This document shows, piece after piece, positions 62,020 through 64,000 of a stretch of DNA of 64,000 nt. This stretch comes from the human T2T-CHM13v2.0 reference genome, Homo sapiens, in assembly GCF_009914755.1 (NCBI RefSeq), contig NC_060947.1; one strand, given 5' to 3'. The position numbers and the translations under genes are program-made. The notes under the pieces are model-generated. The model searched no databases and was not told where the DNA came from. It saw only the letters and a program-made list of their open reading frames with translations. Position 1 is the first letter of the stretch; the number at the start of each line of letters is the position of its first letter.

Positions 62020-62620
62020 CAGATACACCTTGTGCTTTTGTAACTTAGTGTCTTTCCTCATGCTGTTCTCTCTTCCTAGAATTACATATATCCGAATCCC
62101 AACCCATTCTTCCAAATTAGCTCAGATGTCACATCCTCTATGAAGTGCCTCTGATCCCCTCACAGAAGGAGTATGTTTTGTGTCTCTCCATTCCCACCTT
62201 TCTTGCATTAGCAATCTTATAGAATTTTATTTTTATAGTTCTTGAGGCCCCTCTCGCTTCCCACCTTGAAATTTTGTTTTTAATTCATTTGTGTTACGTC
62301 TTCTATTGGTCTCTAAGTTTCTTGCAGTCAAAACCTATTTTCACTCAGCTTTGGGTAGATCTCAAATACCAAGCACAGTGCTTTGAATGTAAATGTCACT
62401 CAGAAACATCTATTCAGATTTGAGTGCTTACCACGTGCCAGATACTAGGCCTGCAGGGTGACTGAAACAATTTCTTCTCTCCAGGTACTCATGGGAAACA
62501 GACATATTAACAGACTTTCAATATGATCTAGTAAGTAATAAGATAGAGTCATGAACAGAGTGTATGGAAACCTAGAGTAGAGACTTGACCAAGGAGAAGG
62601 CCTAGACTGAAAGATGGGCA
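62020..62620. mobile_element. Tail-to-tail L2 fragments (+ to ~62400, - thereafter)
   Basis: agctcagatgtcacatcctctatgaag and agcacagtgcttt, then gagtgcttaccacgtgccagatact. Confidence 0.55.
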
Positions 62621-63629
62621 GTCTTGGTCAGAAAATGGAATGTATGAATCTATGACTTCAAGGTGAAGACATTTTGGAAGGTGGCAATATCCAGGATGTG
62701 ACCCTGAGAACTGTGCAGGCGAAGGAATGTGAGTATAGGATGTGAGATAGCTCTTCCAACTGGCCAATGGTGCCAGGAATTGAGGTACAGAGGATGCCGG
62801 TAAGCCAGATGCCAGAGTCCTCAGTGAATGAAGGAAAATGTCCAAAAGAGAGGTAGATGATCATCCTGGGAAGGAGTAAAAGATGGCATCTGCAGATGGT
62901 GTGAACTTCATGGGCAGTGAGGCTTTTCATGAAGCTGGAGCAATGGCCTGGTAAGGGAAATGGGAAGGCAGGAGGGTGCTGGTTCCCTATGCTACCTGAC
63001 CCTATCCATCCCAGAATTTGATGTTTAGAGCTCAAGCAGCTTTAATTGGAGAGAGCTGCATGGTGAGGCTCATTGTCTTTGTAGAGAGCCAAGTCTTCTT
63101 CATTAGGGCAGGAAAGAGGTGTTCTGTGAAAACACTGAGGGTATGGAGGTGCTTATTTACAAGTTGAATCACCATAGATAATGCTGATACAATGGGAGAG
63201 CTGAACGTGGACTAGTCCACCTTTATCATTTTAAATTTGAATACTCTGAGGCCCAGTGAAAAGAAATAACTTTTTTCCTCAGGCTTCCAAAACTAAATTT
63301 AATTTCCTTTTTCTAGCAGTTATTTTGATGCATAGATTTCTTAAACACAGATGCTTGAAGCACATGAGTGGTCTATAAAGACCTCCAAGGTAGGTTGTGG
63401 GCTATTTCATAGTATAGCATTTCTAAAATGATAATCCTATGAAAGCATACAAATATGATATTTTGACATTAAGAACTTGCACATGAATTTCAATAAACTT
63501 ATGTCAATAATCATTGATATTTATCACAGTAGCATGTTCTTCCTATACGTTTATGGATAATTTCTTTCCCCAGCTCCCCCAGCCCTAATACAATAGTGAG
63601 TCTTTTGACTGTATGGTCCTTGAAACTTC

Positions 63630-64000
63630 TACCCACACCACTCTGCTAAAACAGTTCTCACTAAGGTCACCAGTGACAATCAAGTCACTAAGTCTAACAA
63701 ATAATTTTCAGTCCTCATCTTATTCAATCCCTCAGTAGCATTTAATACAGACAATCTTCCCTTCCTTCTTGAAGTACATTTTGCCCTTGCCTTTTATGAA
63801 ACTACGGTCCCCTTGTTTTATTTGCCCACTTTTGTATTGCTCCTTTGCAGATTTATCCTCCTTTACTTGGTTATTAAGCATTGAAGTTCACCAGGGCACT
63901 GTTCTAGATACTTTTATCATCCCACTCCATATTCTTTCTCTGAATGATTTAATCTATTCCCATGGCTTACAATATCTTTATGCTCAGTGTGTCTCCAGAG
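63630..64000 (+). mobile_element. L2 RT-region remnant (runs off the window)
   Basis: ctaaaacagttctcactaaggtcaccagtgac...tcagtcctcatcttattcaatccctcagtagcatttaatacag corresponds to the decayed L2 RT motif TALxKVTND...SVLILLDLSAAFDT. Confidence 0.75.

Overview
Primate (very probably human) non-coding genomic DNA, intergenic or intronic. I found no protein-coding gene, CpG island or tRNA/rRNA. The listed ORFs are Alu, L1, LTR or microsatellite read-throughs, apart from decayed L1 ORF1/ORF2, hAT transposase and L2 RT remnants. The window holds about 33 Alu-family elements, one processed 7SL pseudogene, and a 16.6-kb nested LINE-1 complex (5.6-22.3 kb). In that complex a near-full-length L1MA2-like element with an endonuclease deletion sits inside an older L1MC-like element. 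There are also several solo LTRs (two MER39/MER34-like, THE1D, MLT2A, MLT1/MST), DNA-transposon fossils (Charlie1, MER63, Tigger3a, MER58B) and many MIR/L2 relics. I found no evidence for a new biological system. The most unusual signals are local templated-DNA rearrangements. (1) An 82-bp copy of sequence 1.5 kb downstream, missing an internal 35 bp, sits inside a (TA)n tract of an MLT2A LTR. (2) A 150-bp inverted duplication spans an Alu 5' junction. (3) A head-to-head Alu pair has a 20-bp spacer that is an inverted copy of the target site. Two 'tail-only' insertions and a perfect 34-bp triplication are also present. Repeat subfamily names come from recalled consensus sequences, not from a search. 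Boundaries of old repeats are approximate.
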